From a bacterium (GTDB taxonomy: Bacteria; UBA8248; JACPRG01; G963555815), in contig OZ244653.1 in the NCBI GenBank assembly GCA_965218795.1, forward strand, positions 2,624,001-2,688,000: 64,000 bases of DNA, written 5' to 3'. Position numbers and translations under genes: made by a program. Under the pieces are notes generated by a model that ran no database searches, was not told where the DNA came from, and saw only the letters and a program-made list of their open reading frames with translations. Numbering within the stretch: the first letter of the stretch is position 1; every line of letters starts with the position of its first letter. Shown piece by piece: positions 40,893 to 50,724 of the stretch.

Positions 40893-42127
40893 GCGGTTCG
40901 GATAAAGCCCCCATGGATCCGGAGGCCCGGCGCACCCGTCAGCAACAGGTGCTCCTGTTCTCGGGCGTGGCCGCGGCAGTGCTGATCGTGTTCGCGGTGT
41001 GGATCTCGGCGGGCGGAGGCGGAGGCTCGCCGCCGCCGACCGGGATCGAGGCGAAGCTGGCCGGGCCGGAGACGGCGGAGGTGAGCTGGGTGCGCCGCTC
41101 GGAGGCGCGGATCGGCGAACTGGAGACGCGGCTCAGGGACATGGAGACGCGGGGCCGGCGGGTCGAGCAGGAGAACGCGCGGCTCCGGGAGCGTCTCACG
41201 CGCAACGCCGAGGATGGCCGGGCGGTGATCGACCGGCAGGCGGCAACGATCGAGAAGATGCGCGGCCGGCTCGGAGCCCGGGCGGCCGTGCCGGGTCCGG
41301 CGGGCACGGATGATTTTACCCGTGCGGGTTCAAGCAGGCCCGCTTCCGGCAAGAGAGCCCCCGCGGCCTCGGATGCCGCACCGGCCGCACCGATGATCCA
41401 GGAGTTCGAGAATGATGCGGATCCGGCGGGGGACAAGAACGCCGCTGATCCGGGATCCCGTTCGCTGGGGTCCTGGCTGCCGGCGGGGTCCTATGCGGAC
41501 GCCGTGGTGCTGGCCGGCGTGGACGCCTCGGCGGGCGTCGCCTCCCAGGGCGAGCCGCGCCCGGTGCTGCTGCGGCTGACCGGTCCGGCCCGGAGCGCGG
41601 CCGAGGGCGGCGAAGCGCTCGAAGTGGACGTGACGGGGTGCACCCTGACCGGCGCCGGCTACGGGGACCTCTCCTCGGAGAAGGTCTACGTCCGTCTGAG
41701 GACCCTGACGTGCGCCGGGCCGGATCCGGAAACCGTGATCGAGACCCAGGTCGCGGGCTTCGTGGCCGGCAGCGGCAAGGTCGGCGTGCGGGGTCCGGTG
41801 GTGAGCCGCGAGGGGGCCCTGGTCGAGAAGGCGTTCCTCGCGGGCCTCATCTCGGGCGTGGGCGAAACCGCCGCCAACCTGCTTCAGGCACCGGCCAGGA
41901 CAACCTCGGACGGAGCCTTGAACGCGGCGAGTCTCGCCGATCTCGGCCGGGCCGGTCTTGGCGCCGGCGCGGGCTCGGCCGGCCGCAGGGTGGCCGACTA
42001 CCTGATCCGCCGGGCCGAGCAGTACCAACCGGTGATCCAGCTCCAGACGGGCACGCGGGTGACGGTGGTGTTCATCGAGGGTGCCCGGATCGACGGGCGC
42101 GCGGACAAACAGAGAGGAAGCAAATGA
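40889..42127 (+). CDS. traB: TraB (VirB10-like)
   Basis: LPAGS, GVDA, GDLSSEKVY.R, G..GVRG.VV.R and AEQYQPVI motifs. Confidence 0.92.
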   Translation: MSGSDKAPMDPEARRTRQQQVLLFSGVAAAVLIVFAVWISAGGGGGSPPPTGIEAKLAGPETAEVSWVRRSEARIGELETRLRDMETRGRRVEQENARLRERLTRNAEDGRAVIDRQAATIEKMRGRLGARAAVPGPAGTDDFTRAGSSRPASGKRAPAASDAAPAAPMIQEFENDADPAGDKNAADPGSRSLGSWLPAGSYADAVVLAGVDASAGVASQGEPRPVLLRLTGPARSAAEGGEALEVDVTGCTLTGAGYGDLSSEKVYVRLRTLTCAGPDPETVIETQVAGFVAGSGKVGVRGPVVSREGALVEKAFLAGLISGVGETAANLLQAPARTTSDGALNAASLADLGRAGLGAGAGSAGRRVADYLIRRAEQYQPVIQLQTGTRVTVVFIEGARIDGRADKQRGSK

Positions 42128-42669
42128 GAGCGCAATCGACGAACCATCCACGAACCAGACGAGGCCGGGCAGTCCCGCCCTTCCTGCCGGTCATCCCTGC
42201 GATCCTCGCGGTGGCCATGGCACTGGGCGGCTGCGCGGCGACCCACGTGGGCGACGCCTGGCAATGCCCTTTGGCCCAAGGCGCGGCCTGCACGAGCGTC
42301 GCGGAGGCCGATCCGGCGGTCGCGGCCACCGGAAAGGCGCAAGGGTTCGCGACCCGGACACCCCTCTACCGGCCGGAAACCGGCGATGCCGGAGGGTCCG
42401 ACGCCCCCTGGGTTGGAGGCTGCGATCCCCTGGCCTGGCTCGCGAAATGGTTCGGGACCGGTCAGGACCGCGACGACGGCGCGACCCCTGCCGAACCGGA
42501 ACCCGTTTCGCCGGACGAAGGATCCCCGGATGCGGCCAATGACAGCCTGCGCACCCAAGAGAGCATCGCGCGGATCTGGATCGCGCCCTTCGTGGACGCC
42601 GACGGGGTCTACCGCGAGGCCCACTGGGTGCGCACGGTCCTGGAGCCGGCGCGCCGGAGGCTGCCGTGA
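42124..42669 (+). CDS. traV: TraV lipoprotein
   Basis: LGGC lipobox, C.....C.S and RIWIAPFVD.DG. Confidence 0.85.
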   Translation: MRAQSTNHPRTRRGRAVPPFLPVIPAILAVAMALGGCAATHVGDAWQCPLAQGAACTSVAEADPAVAATGKAQGFATRTPLYRPETGDAGGSDAPWVGGCDPLAWLAKWFGTGQDRDDGATPAEPEPVSPDEGSPDAANDSLRTQESIARIWIAPFVDADGVYREAHWVRTVLEPARRRLP

Positions 42670-44902
42670 TCGAGCGCCTCAAGGACCTGCTCAGGGGACC
42701 GGACGCCCTGCAGCCCTGGACCCTTCCGGCCCTGCCGGCGCCCCTCGCCGGCCTCCTGCCCTGGCGGGCCTGGGACGAAGGGAGCGAGCTCTATATCAAC
42801 GCCGCGAGCTGCGGCTTCCTGTTGGAGCTGCCGCCCTTCGTGGGCATCGACGAGGAGACGCTGGGCGCGCTGGCCGGCACGCTCGCCGACGCCGCGCCCG
42901 AGCGCGCGGTGGTGCAGATCATCCATTGGACGAGCCCCCGGTACGGGGCCGCGATCGGGAGCTGGGCCGAGCCCCGGCGCCTGACGGGCGGGGTGCAGGC
43001 CGGGATGGCAAAACGGCGCGGGGCCCTGTTCGCCCATGCCGGCTGGCGCCCGCTCCACGCGGGCGGACCGCCCTTTACCCTGAACGACTGCCGGGTGTTC
43101 CTCGCGGCCTGCCTGGCGGGCCCGGCCGGACCGGCCGCCGAGACCGCCCTCGGGGGGTTCCGGCGGGCCTTGGAGGGCACCCTGGCCTCGGCCGGGGCCG
43201 CGGCGCGGCGGGTCGAGCCGGACGTTCTGCTGTCCCTCGCCGCGGAACTAGCGGCCCCCGACCTGGCGGGAGAGCATGACGGCGGGCTCGACCGGCCGCT
43301 AAGGCGCTGGTCGCCCAGGGACCCCATTCATCTTCAGTGCGCGACCCCGGGCCGGGCACTCACCGTCGCGCCCACGGGCCTGGTCTTCCTTCACCCGGAC
43401 GGGACGGACGTGGCGGTGCGCGTGCTCTCTGCCCGGGCCTTCCCCGAGGTCTGGCCCGGATGGCGCGGCAACGCCCTGATCGGCGACTTCCACCGGGACT
43501 TTTTGCAGCCGGGCGCCCCGGTCCTGACCACGCTTACCGTCGCGATGGGCGACGCGGCCGACGGCGAGCGCGCCTTCCTCAAGTCCGCCCGGGCCACGCA
43601 GCAGGCGGGCACGGGGATCGCGCGCTACCTGCCGGGCCTGCCCGAGAAGGCCCAGGACTGGCGCTTCGTCACCGAGCGGCTCAAGGACGGCGAGCGGCTG
43701 GTCAAGGCCTGCTACATGATCGCGGTCTACGCGCCCCTGGACGCCATCGACGAGGCCGAGCAGGCGGTGCGCGCCATCTATCACGGCCAGGGCTGGCGCC
43801 TGGGCGCCGAGCGTTACGCCCACCTGCCGGCCTGGCTCGCCTGTTTGCCCATGGTCCCGGCCGGCGGGCTCGACGCCGATCTCGCCCGCATGGGCCGGAT
43901 GAAGACCCTGCTCACCTCCTCGGCCGTCAATCTCGCACCGGTGCACGGTGAGTGGCGCGGCCAGGGGGCGTCGCCGGACGCGCCGCCGGCGCTGCTCCTG
44001 ATCGGAAGGCGGGGCCAGCCCGCGTGCTGGTCCCCCTTCGCCAACGAGGCCGGCAACTACAACGTGGCCGTGACCGGCAAGTCCGGGTCGGGCAAGTCGG
44101 TCCTGATGCAGGAGCTGGTCTCGGGGATCGCGGGCTCGGGCGGCGAGGCCGTGGTGATCGATGACGGGCGTTCCTTCCAGCACACGGCCGAAGCCCTCGG
44201 CGGCGCCTTCATCGCGTTCGGCAAGGACCCGGCGAGACTCAACCCCTTCGCCATGATCGACGCGGAGGTCGCGGCCCGGGACGGGGACTACCGCGAGGAA
44301 TGCTTTTCCATGCTGGCCGCCGTGGTCGGGCGCATGTGCCGGCGGCGCGGACGCATCGACGACATCGAGGCGGCGCTCATCGACGAGGCCATCGCGCGCG
44401 CCTGGGAGGAGGCCGGCAACGGCGCCGACCTCGGGACCGTGCAGAGAAAACTCGAGGAAGCGGGCGACCGAAGGGCGTCCGACATGGCTCTCGCCCTCGG
44501 ACCGTGGCGGCCGGGCGTGGTGCTCATGCTGGTGGTCTTCCTCGCCACCCAGCGCATGTATCACGGCCCCAGAACCTGGCCCAGAAGGACGAGTCGGTGG
44601 AGCTCCTCAAGCAGGAAAAGCGCATCCACTGCGATCCCGGCATGGAGCGGGCCCTCAAGAGCCTGGCCACCGTGGACGGCCGCCATGCGGAGCTGGTGCT
44701 GCACGGCCCGGACGGCTGGCGCGTGGCGCGGCTCGCCCTGGACCCCTGGTCCGTGGCCCTCTACTCCTCGCGCGGGCCGGCCTTCGCCGCGGTCGAGCGG
44801 CTGAAGGCCGATGGCCTCACCACGGAACAGGCCATCGACCGCATCGCAGAGGGCGACGGTCCGGAGGCCACGGCGGCCGGCCCTGCGGGCAGCACGCCGT
44901 GA
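42666..44902 (+). pseudogene. traC: TraC (VirB4) ATPase with internal deletions and frameshift
   Basis: NYN.AV.G.SGSGKS and IDDGRS present; Walker B (DEAW) region missing near 44510-44580; C-terminus (LDP.S..LYSS) in another frame. Confidence 0.85.
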
Positions 44903-44935
44903 TGCCCTCCATAGCTTAAACAGAAGGCGACGCAC

Positions 44936-45697
44936 ATGAGCAAGGACAGGAACAGGCGGGCTCCATCAAGCGCCGCGACCCGGTCGGAGGAGTCCGGACA
45001 CGGGGACCGGCCCCTTGCCTGGCCGGGGGATCCGGAAGGGCTGACGGCGGACGCCGTCGACTTCGAGGCCCTGGCCCACGTGCTGGCCAACACCTGCCGC
45101 AGGGGCGGCCGGCTCAGGCGGTTCCACTCGCTGGCGGCCCATGCGGTGTTGATGAGCGAGGAGATCGAGGCCTTGGGCGAACCCGGGACCGGTGATGGCC
45201 GGGCAGTGGCGCTCCATGCGCTTCTCGTGGACGCGAGCGTTGCGTGGCTGGGGCCCGAGGCCGCTTCCTCACAGCGCGGGGCGGAGCGGCTGAAGCGGCT
45301 CAACGGGATCGTCGACCGGGCCGTGCGCGAGTCGGCCGGGCTCGATGCGGAGCCCTCCCCGGAGCAGGCGGAGCTGCTGCGTTTCGTGGCCCGCATGGCC
45401 GAGGCCGCGGAGGACCGGGACCTGCCGGGAGCGCGGGACGGCGCGGCTTCCGCGGTGGCCTTCCCACCCCTCAAGCGCCGCATCCGGACCGTGGATCCGG
45501 ATCGGGCGGCCAGGCTCTGGCTGGACCGCTTTCAGGCCCTGAAGGGGCCGAAGGGCGCCAAACAGGGTCACATCGCACCCGGCCTGGAGAAGTCTCTTCA
45601 AGAGAACGATCAAGCCCATCAGGAAGAAACGCATGTCGCGCGCATGCGACGCATGCGAACACAGACCGAGGCCGGAGGGACGAGCGATGAGGATTGA
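44936..45697 (+). CDS. YfdR/YfbR-like HD-fold protein with degenerate active site
   Basis: D.EALAH.LAN.CR.GG...FHSLAAH and ALLVDA in place of ALLHDA. Confidence 0.65.
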   Translation: MSKDRNRRAPSSAATRSEESGHGDRPLAWPGDPEGLTADAVDFEALAHVLANTCRRGGRLRRFHSLAAHAVLMSEEIEALGEPGTGDGRAVALHALLVDASVAWLGPEAASSQRGAERLKRLNGIVDRAVRESAGLDAEPSPEQAELLRFVARMAEAAEDRDLPGARDGAASAVAFPPLKRRIRTVDPDRAARLWLDRFQALKGPKGAKQGHIAPGLEKSLQENDQAHQEETHVARMRRMRTQTEAGGTSDED

Positions 45698-45727
45698 GAG
45701 GAGGCAACAAGCGTCAGGGGCCCGATC

Positions 45728-46096
45728 ATGAGCGGACCCACGACGTTGGTCGCCGCACTCCTGCTGTCCGCCGGCGTGGCCGCGGCGGTCTCGGCCGTCA
45801 CGGCGCGCATCGCCCTGGAGAGGGTCCCGCGCATCGCGAGCGTCCGGCTGGCCGAGCTCACGGCGGACTACATGGCAAAGGCCGCCCGGGACCACGGGGA
45901 CCAAGAGGAGGCCGTAAAAGCCGTGCGCGGCTGGGCGCATCGGCTCGAAGAGGCGCTCGTCCGGACGGCGGCGCGCCACCGCGCGGTGCTGCTGCCGGCA
46001 AGGGCGGTCGCCGGCGGCGCGCCGGACCTCACCGCCGAGGTCGAGGCGGCCCTGTCCAAAACCCATCCCCCGAAGAACCCGGAGGAAAAACAGTGA
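45728..46096 (+). CDS. trbI: TrbI-F type protein
   Basis: TM segment plus VLL...AVAGGAPDLT. Confidence 0.75.
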   Translation: MSGPTTLVAALLLSAGVAAAVSAVTARIALERVPRIASVRLAELTADYMAKAARDHGDQEEAVKAVRGWAHRLEEALVRTAARHRAVLLPARAVAGGAPDLTAEVEAALSKTHPPKNPEEKQ

Positions 46097-46668
46097 GGGA
46101 GAACCTGCACGCCTTGCCGCGAGCGCCCGGACGGCGAGCGTCTGAACGAACCGGGCGTGGCCGCAAGATCCTGCTCTGGGCGGCCGTGCTGGTCGCGCTG
46201 TGGCTCGTCGCGGCCTCGCGCGTCTACGTCAATGCGAGCTGGTCCGACGGGGCCTGGGGGTATTTCGTGCTGCCCCTCCTGGGAGAGCCCCAACGGGGCG
46301 ATGCGGTCCTGTTCGACCCGCCCGAGGCGACGGGTTCGGCGGTCCCCTACCTCAAGACCGTGCGCGGCCTGCCCGGAGACCGGGTGGAGGTGGACAGGGA
46401 CCGCCGGGTCTCGGTGAACGGCGCGGCCCTCGGGATCGCCAAGACCCATGCAATGGACGGCCGTGTTCTGGACGCGGTCCGGACGGGCGTGATTCCGCCG
46501 GGCCGCTACTACGTCCACGCCGATCACGTGGACAGCCACGACAGCCGCTATGAGGAGATCGGGCTCATCCCGCAGGAGCGCATCCGGGGCCGGGCCTGGG
46601 CCCTGCCCGACGTTCCCTGGCTCGGGCTCAAGGGACCGCTCGCAAAACCCGAGGAGGCGCGGCCATGA
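46093..46668 (+). CDS. S26 conjugative signal peptidase (TrhF-like)
   Basis: VNASWS, YLK.V.GLPGD and DS.DSRY...G motifs. Confidence 0.85.
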   Translation: MRENLHALPRAPGRRASERTGRGRKILLWAAVLVALWLVAASRVYVNASWSDGAWGYFVLPLLGEPQRGDAVLFDPPEATGSAVPYLKTVRGLPGDRVEVDRDRRVSVNGAALGIAKTHAMDGRVLDAVRTGVIPPGRYYVHADHVDSHDSRYEEIGLIPQERIRGRAWALPDVPWLGLKGPLAKPEEARP

Positions 46669-47336
46669 CGCGGCGTCTTCCCCTGCCCCGCTTCCGGCTG
46701 GCCATCATCTGCTGCGCGCTGATGCTTACGGTGCGGGCCGCTCCTGCAAAAGACCTCGGCGTGCGCGGCACGGTGTGGAAGGTCGCCGAGCCCGACCTGC
46801 TCGCTCAGATCGAGGCCCGGCTTGAAGCGCTGAAGGCCTCGGGTGACCTCACCCGCATGCGCCGCGAGGCCCTGGGCCGGGGCCGGGAGCGCATCGAGGC
46901 ACCTGGGCGCGTCGAGGGCATCGGGCCCGCGCGTGTTCGCCGCACCCGGTTGCTCGATCCTTCCATCACGGTCGAGCAAGACATCCTCGCGCACGACGGA
47001 ACCCTGATTGCGGCCCAAGGCGCACGGATCAACCCCCTGGAGGTGTACCCGCTGACCCGGGACCTGCTGTTCATCGACGGCTCGCGGCCGGCCGAGGTCG
47101 CCTGGGCCCTCGGCCACGACCGGCCCGCGAGGATCGTGCTCCTGGCGGGCCGTCCGATCGACCTGATGCGCGCCCACGGACGGCCGTTCTTCTTCGACCA
47201 GAACGGCCGGCTCTCCAAACGGTTCGGGCTCCGCGCCACCCCGTCCCTGGTCGCGGCCGAGGGATCGATGCTCCGGATCACGGAAGTGCCGCTCGACGAC
47301 GAAACAGACCTCACGACCGCCGGAGGCCGGCCATGA
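46665..47336 (+). CDS. traW: TraW
   Basis: DLG..G.VW..AEPDLL, INPL and FFDQ.G.L..RFG..A.P. Confidence 0.92.
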   Translation: MTRRLPLPRFRLAIICCALMLTVRAAPAKDLGVRGTVWKVAEPDLLAQIEARLEALKASGDLTRMRREALGRGRERIEAPGRVEGIGPARVRRTRLLDPSITVEQDILAHDGTLIAAQGARINPLEVYPLTRDLLFIDGSRPAEVAWALGHDRPARIVLLAGRPIDLMRAHGRPFFFDQNGRLSKRFGLRATPSLVAAEGSMLRITEVPLDDETDLTTAGGRP

Positions 47337-48334
47337 AGCCCTGGAAGACCTTAGGAATAGCGCTGGTCCTTGCCGGCGCCCTGTCCACGGGGACCGCGTC
47401 CGCACAGTCCTGCACCGGGCGTTTCGTGAACCCCGTCACGGACGTGTGCTGGGAGTGTTTGTTCCCGATTTCGATCGGTCCGATCCGCATGGGCGGCGCC
47501 GCGGGCGCGCCGGACACGCCCAACCCGGGATCGCCGATCTGCCTCTGCGGCTCTCCGATCCCCAGGATCGGGCTCTCCCTGGGCTTGTGGGAACCGGCGC
47601 GGCTGATCGACGTCAGCCGCGCTCCCTGGTGCTTCCCCAACCTCGGGGGCATGACCATCGACCCGGGCCTGCCCGCGGGACGCGGACGCACGGGCTCATC
47701 GAGCGGCGACGGCGCCTCGGGATCGGTGTGGCACGTCCATGACTACGCCTATCCCCTCCTCTCCTGGATCGGGGCGCTTCTCGACATGGGCTGCCTCGAA
47801 AGCGGCGGGCTCGACATCGCCTGGGTCTCCGAGCTCGACCCGGCCTGGCTCGACGACGAGCTGTCCTTCCTGCTGAACCCGGAAGCCGCGCTGTTCGCGG
47901 ACCTGCCGGCCCAGGCGGCCTGCGCCGCCGATTGCGCCGCCGCCTCGGCGGGCCTGCCGCTGGATCCGCTGTTCTGGTGCGCGGGCTGCCAGGGCGGGAT
48001 GTACCCCCTGACCGGGAACGTGGCCGCCCACGTGGGCGGGGTCCAGGCCTCGCTCCTCGCGGCCGGACGGCTCGTGTTCCGCCTTCACCAGCTCCTGCTC
48101 GCCTGGGGCACGTCGGGGACGGCGGCGCTCTGCGGGCGCTACCCCATGCCCATCATGAAGAAGTCCCAGTACCGCTGGCAGATGACCCAGCCGGTCCCGG
48201 CCACTTCGCCCCTCACGGGCTGCAACCCCACGGGCCGGTCCTCGGTGATCTGGGAAGCGCTGCGCGAGCTGCCGGTCTCGGGCGAGAGCTTCGGCTACCT
48301 GCTCTGGCGCAAGCGCAACTGCTGTCTGCTCTGA
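47333..48334 (+). CDS. traU: TraU
   Basis: C.GRFVNPVTDVCWECLFPISIG; terminal WRKRNCC. Confidence 0.95.
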   Translation: MKPWKTLGIALVLAGALSTGTASAQSCTGRFVNPVTDVCWECLFPISIGPIRMGGAAGAPDTPNPGSPICLCGSPIPRIGLSLGLWEPARLIDVSRAPWCFPNLGGMTIDPGLPAGRGRTGSSSGDGASGSVWHVHDYAYPLLSWIGALLDMGCLESGGLDIAWVSELDPAWLDDELSFLLNPEAALFADLPAQAACAADCAAASAGLPLDPLFWCAGCQGGMYPLTGNVAAHVGGVQASLLAAGRLVFRLHQLLLAWGTSGTAALCGRYPMPIMKKSQYRWQMTQPVPATSPLTGCNPTGRSSVIWEALRELPVSGESFGYLLWRKRNCCLL

Positions 48335-48344
48335 GGAGGTCGAC

Positions 48345-48851
48345 ATGAACGATAACCCGATTCGCAAGACCATCCCGGCTCTCGCCTGCGCGCTCCTGCT
48401 GGCGGCCTGGTGCGGCCCGGCCCGGGCCCAGGAAACAGCCAAGGACCTGGCGCGCGATATGGTCGATCAGGTCCTGCGGCAACCGGGAAAAGCCCGTGGC
48501 GGGGACCTGGACGCCTGGTCGCGCTCGGTGATCCAGCGCGCGCTGGAACGCGCGGGCAAAAACGCCCCCGGGACCTCCGGCCCGGTCCTGGGCCGCAAGT
48601 CCGGCGCCACGATCGATCCCCGGCTGTTCCGGATCTTCGGCATCGAGGCGATCCCGGCCGTGGCCGTGGTTCCTGGCGGGATCCCGCCTTGCACGAGCCG
48701 GGGCTGCGCAACGGACCCCACGCCGCCCCACGACCGCATATCAGGAAACATCGGCCTGGAAGCGGCTCTCGAGGCCATCGCCGAAGAGGGAGGGCCGGGC
48801 CGGACAGCCGCCCGCCGCCATCTCGCGAGCCTGAGAGGAAACCGTCCATGA
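48345..48851 (+). CDS. trbC: TrbC-F type, apparently internally deleted
   Basis: IDPRLF..FGI.A.PA and D.ISGN..L..AL present; the usual F.S.SMP/LRG block is absent. Confidence 0.7.
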   Translation: MNDNPIRKTIPALACALLLAAWCGPARAQETAKDLARDMVDQVLRQPGKARGGDLDAWSRSVIQRALERAGKNAPGTSGPVLGRKSGATIDPRLFRIFGIEAIPAVAVVPGGIPPCTSRGCATDPTPPHDRISGNIGLEAALEAIAEEGGPGRTAARRHLASLRGNRP

Positions 48852-49900
48852 GCCGCAAGAACGGAATAAAGGCCTTCGTCTTGGCCCTGCTGGTCCTGAC
48901 GCACCTCGTCACCGGCAAAGTCCGGGCCGAAGACCCGGGGGCGGGCGCCATCGCGAAGAACCCGGCATCCGCCGCTGACGTGCCGGGCTACGCAGGAACG
49001 AACCTGCCCGAGAGGAGCCTGGGTCCCGACGATCTGGGGGACGCCGCAAACCGGGTGATAAACGATCCCGCCGATCCCGGGGGCCAAGCCGGCCGCGCGG
49101 TGATCGAGGGTACGGTCAAGCGCCCGGACGCGCCGGTCGGGACGGACGATCCGATCGCGCGGCGCGGGCACGGGATCCAAGGCGACGCCCATTCCCCCCT
49201 CTGGGGCGCGGACGGGATCGCGTCCGGATCGGCGACGGGCTGCGACGCCGTGATCGAGCGCGCCGAGGCCGGGGGCCATTGCGGCTCGGTCTCCTGGTGC
49301 GTGGGCGCGGACTGTGGGACCGCGGCGGTCCGGGCCAACGCCGGGTTCGTGGATTCGGCGGCCCGGCTCAACATGGCCATCGAGCTGGGCAGCGAGGAAT
49401 TCGACCGCCAATCCCTCCGGTTCTTCCGGGGCGAGCGCCGGTCCTGCCGGATCCAGTGGGGCGGGCTCGCCGATTGCTGCAAGAACTCGGGCGCGCTCAT
49501 CGGCCTGGCCGACTGCACCGAGGGAGAGCGCCTTCTGGCCGAGGAGCGCCATGCCGGGAACACGCATTACCTGGGCAAGGGATGCGCGAAGCGGATCTTC
49601 GGCGTGTGCATCCGCTGGAAACGGTCCTGGTGCGTGTTCGGCTCGAAGCTCGGGCGCATCCTGCAGGAAGCGACACGCAGCCAGCTCGGGATCGGCTGGG
49701 GCAGCTGCCGCGGCTTCACGGTCGACGAGATGGAACGCATCGACTTCGAGGCCGTGGACCTCTCCGAGTTCACCGAGAACCTGCTCGACGGGTCGCATGA
49801 GCCCTCGATCGAGCTTCCGGAAGCCGGCCGAACCGGCGCGGTGATGCGTGAGCGCATCCGCGGCTTCTACACCCGAAGCGAGGGAGGGAGGCGGCCATGA
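48848..49900 (+). CDS. traN: TraN (short, Cys-rich C-terminal part)
   Basis: F.G....C......DCC, C.F.SKL.RI.QE..R.QL and CRGFT..E...IDF..VDLSEF. Confidence 0.85.
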   Translation: MSRKNGIKAFVLALLVLTHLVTGKVRAEDPGAGAIAKNPASAADVPGYAGTNLPERSLGPDDLGDAANRVINDPADPGGQAGRAVIEGTVKRPDAPVGTDDPIARRGHGIQGDAHSPLWGADGIASGSATGCDAVIERAEAGGHCGSVSWCVGADCGTAAVRANAGFVDSAARLNMAIELGSEEFDRQSLRFFRGERRSCRIQWGGLADCCKNSGALIGLADCTEGERLLAEERHAGNTHYLGKGCAKRIFGVCIRWKRSWCVFGSKLGRILQEATRSQLGIGWGSCRGFTVDEMERIDFEAVDLSEFTENLLDGSHEPSIELPEAGRTGAVMRERIRGFYTRSEGGRRP

Positions 49901-50724
49901 CCATCCCGTACGCCCTCGCGCTCGCCTGCCTCCTCGCCGTCCCCGCGGCGCTACCCGCGGATGCGCGGGAATGGCGGCCTTGGTGCGGTCCCCGATCGGG
50001 CACGGATCGGGACGCGGCACCCTCGCTCGGCTGGCACTTCTATTGCGACCGGAACAAGGAAGACGCGGAAGAGGACACGCCAACGGCGCCGCCTCCTGCC
50101 GGGTCCTCGCGGCCCGAGACCGCAGCGGAACGAGTCCTGAAGATACGCCGAGCCCTGGAGGAAGCCCGGGCCCGGGCCATCCTGGAACCGAGCGCGGAGA
50201 ACGTCACGGCCTACCTGCATCTCCAGCAGGAGGCCCTGCATAAGGCCGCCTTCTTCTCGGACGCCTTCCGCCGCACGGTCTGGGCGAGCCCCGCTCTCGA
50301 TTACACCCTGAAGCGTCCGGTGGGCGCGCTCGCCAAGCAGGTCTGGTCGGAGCAGCGCCGGGCCGAGCGGGACGCGGTCCTGGCCCGGCTCGGCGAGCGT
50401 TACGGGCTCATCTATCTCGGCCATGCGCAATGCCCGGGATGCCGCGTGTTCGGCCCCCTGCTGCGCGCCTTCGCGCTGCGCCACGGCCTCGACGTGCTCG
50501 CGGTCTCCATGACGGGCGAGCCCCTCGAGGGGTGGCCCGAGGCGGTTCCGGACCAGGGCCGGGCCGAGCGTCTCGGTCTCGAGGCCCCGGTCTTCCCCGC
50601 CGTGGTCCTCTACGACACGCGAACCGGGCGGGCCCTGCCGGTCTCCTTCGGCGTGGTCGCCGAGGACCAGCTCGCCGAGCGCATCTTCGCCCTCACCGCA
50701 CGGGAGATCGGACATGACTATTAA
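49897..50724 (+). CDS. traF: TraF (thioredoxin-like)
   Basis: GWHFYCD, AILEPS.ENV..Y and CPGC motifs. Confidence 0.9.
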   Translation: MTIPYALALACLLAVPAALPADAREWRPWCGPRSGTDRDAAPSLGWHFYCDRNKEDAEEDTPTAPPPAGSSRPETAAERVLKIRRALEEARARAILEPSAENVTAYLHLQQEALHKAAFFSDAFRRTVWASPALDYTLKRPVGALAKQVWSEQRRAERDAVLARLGERYGLIYLGHAQCPGCRVFGPLLRAFALRHGLDVLAVSMTGEPLEGWPEAVPDQGRAERLGLEAPVFPAVVLYDTRTGRALPVSFGVVAEDQLAERIFALTAREIGHDY

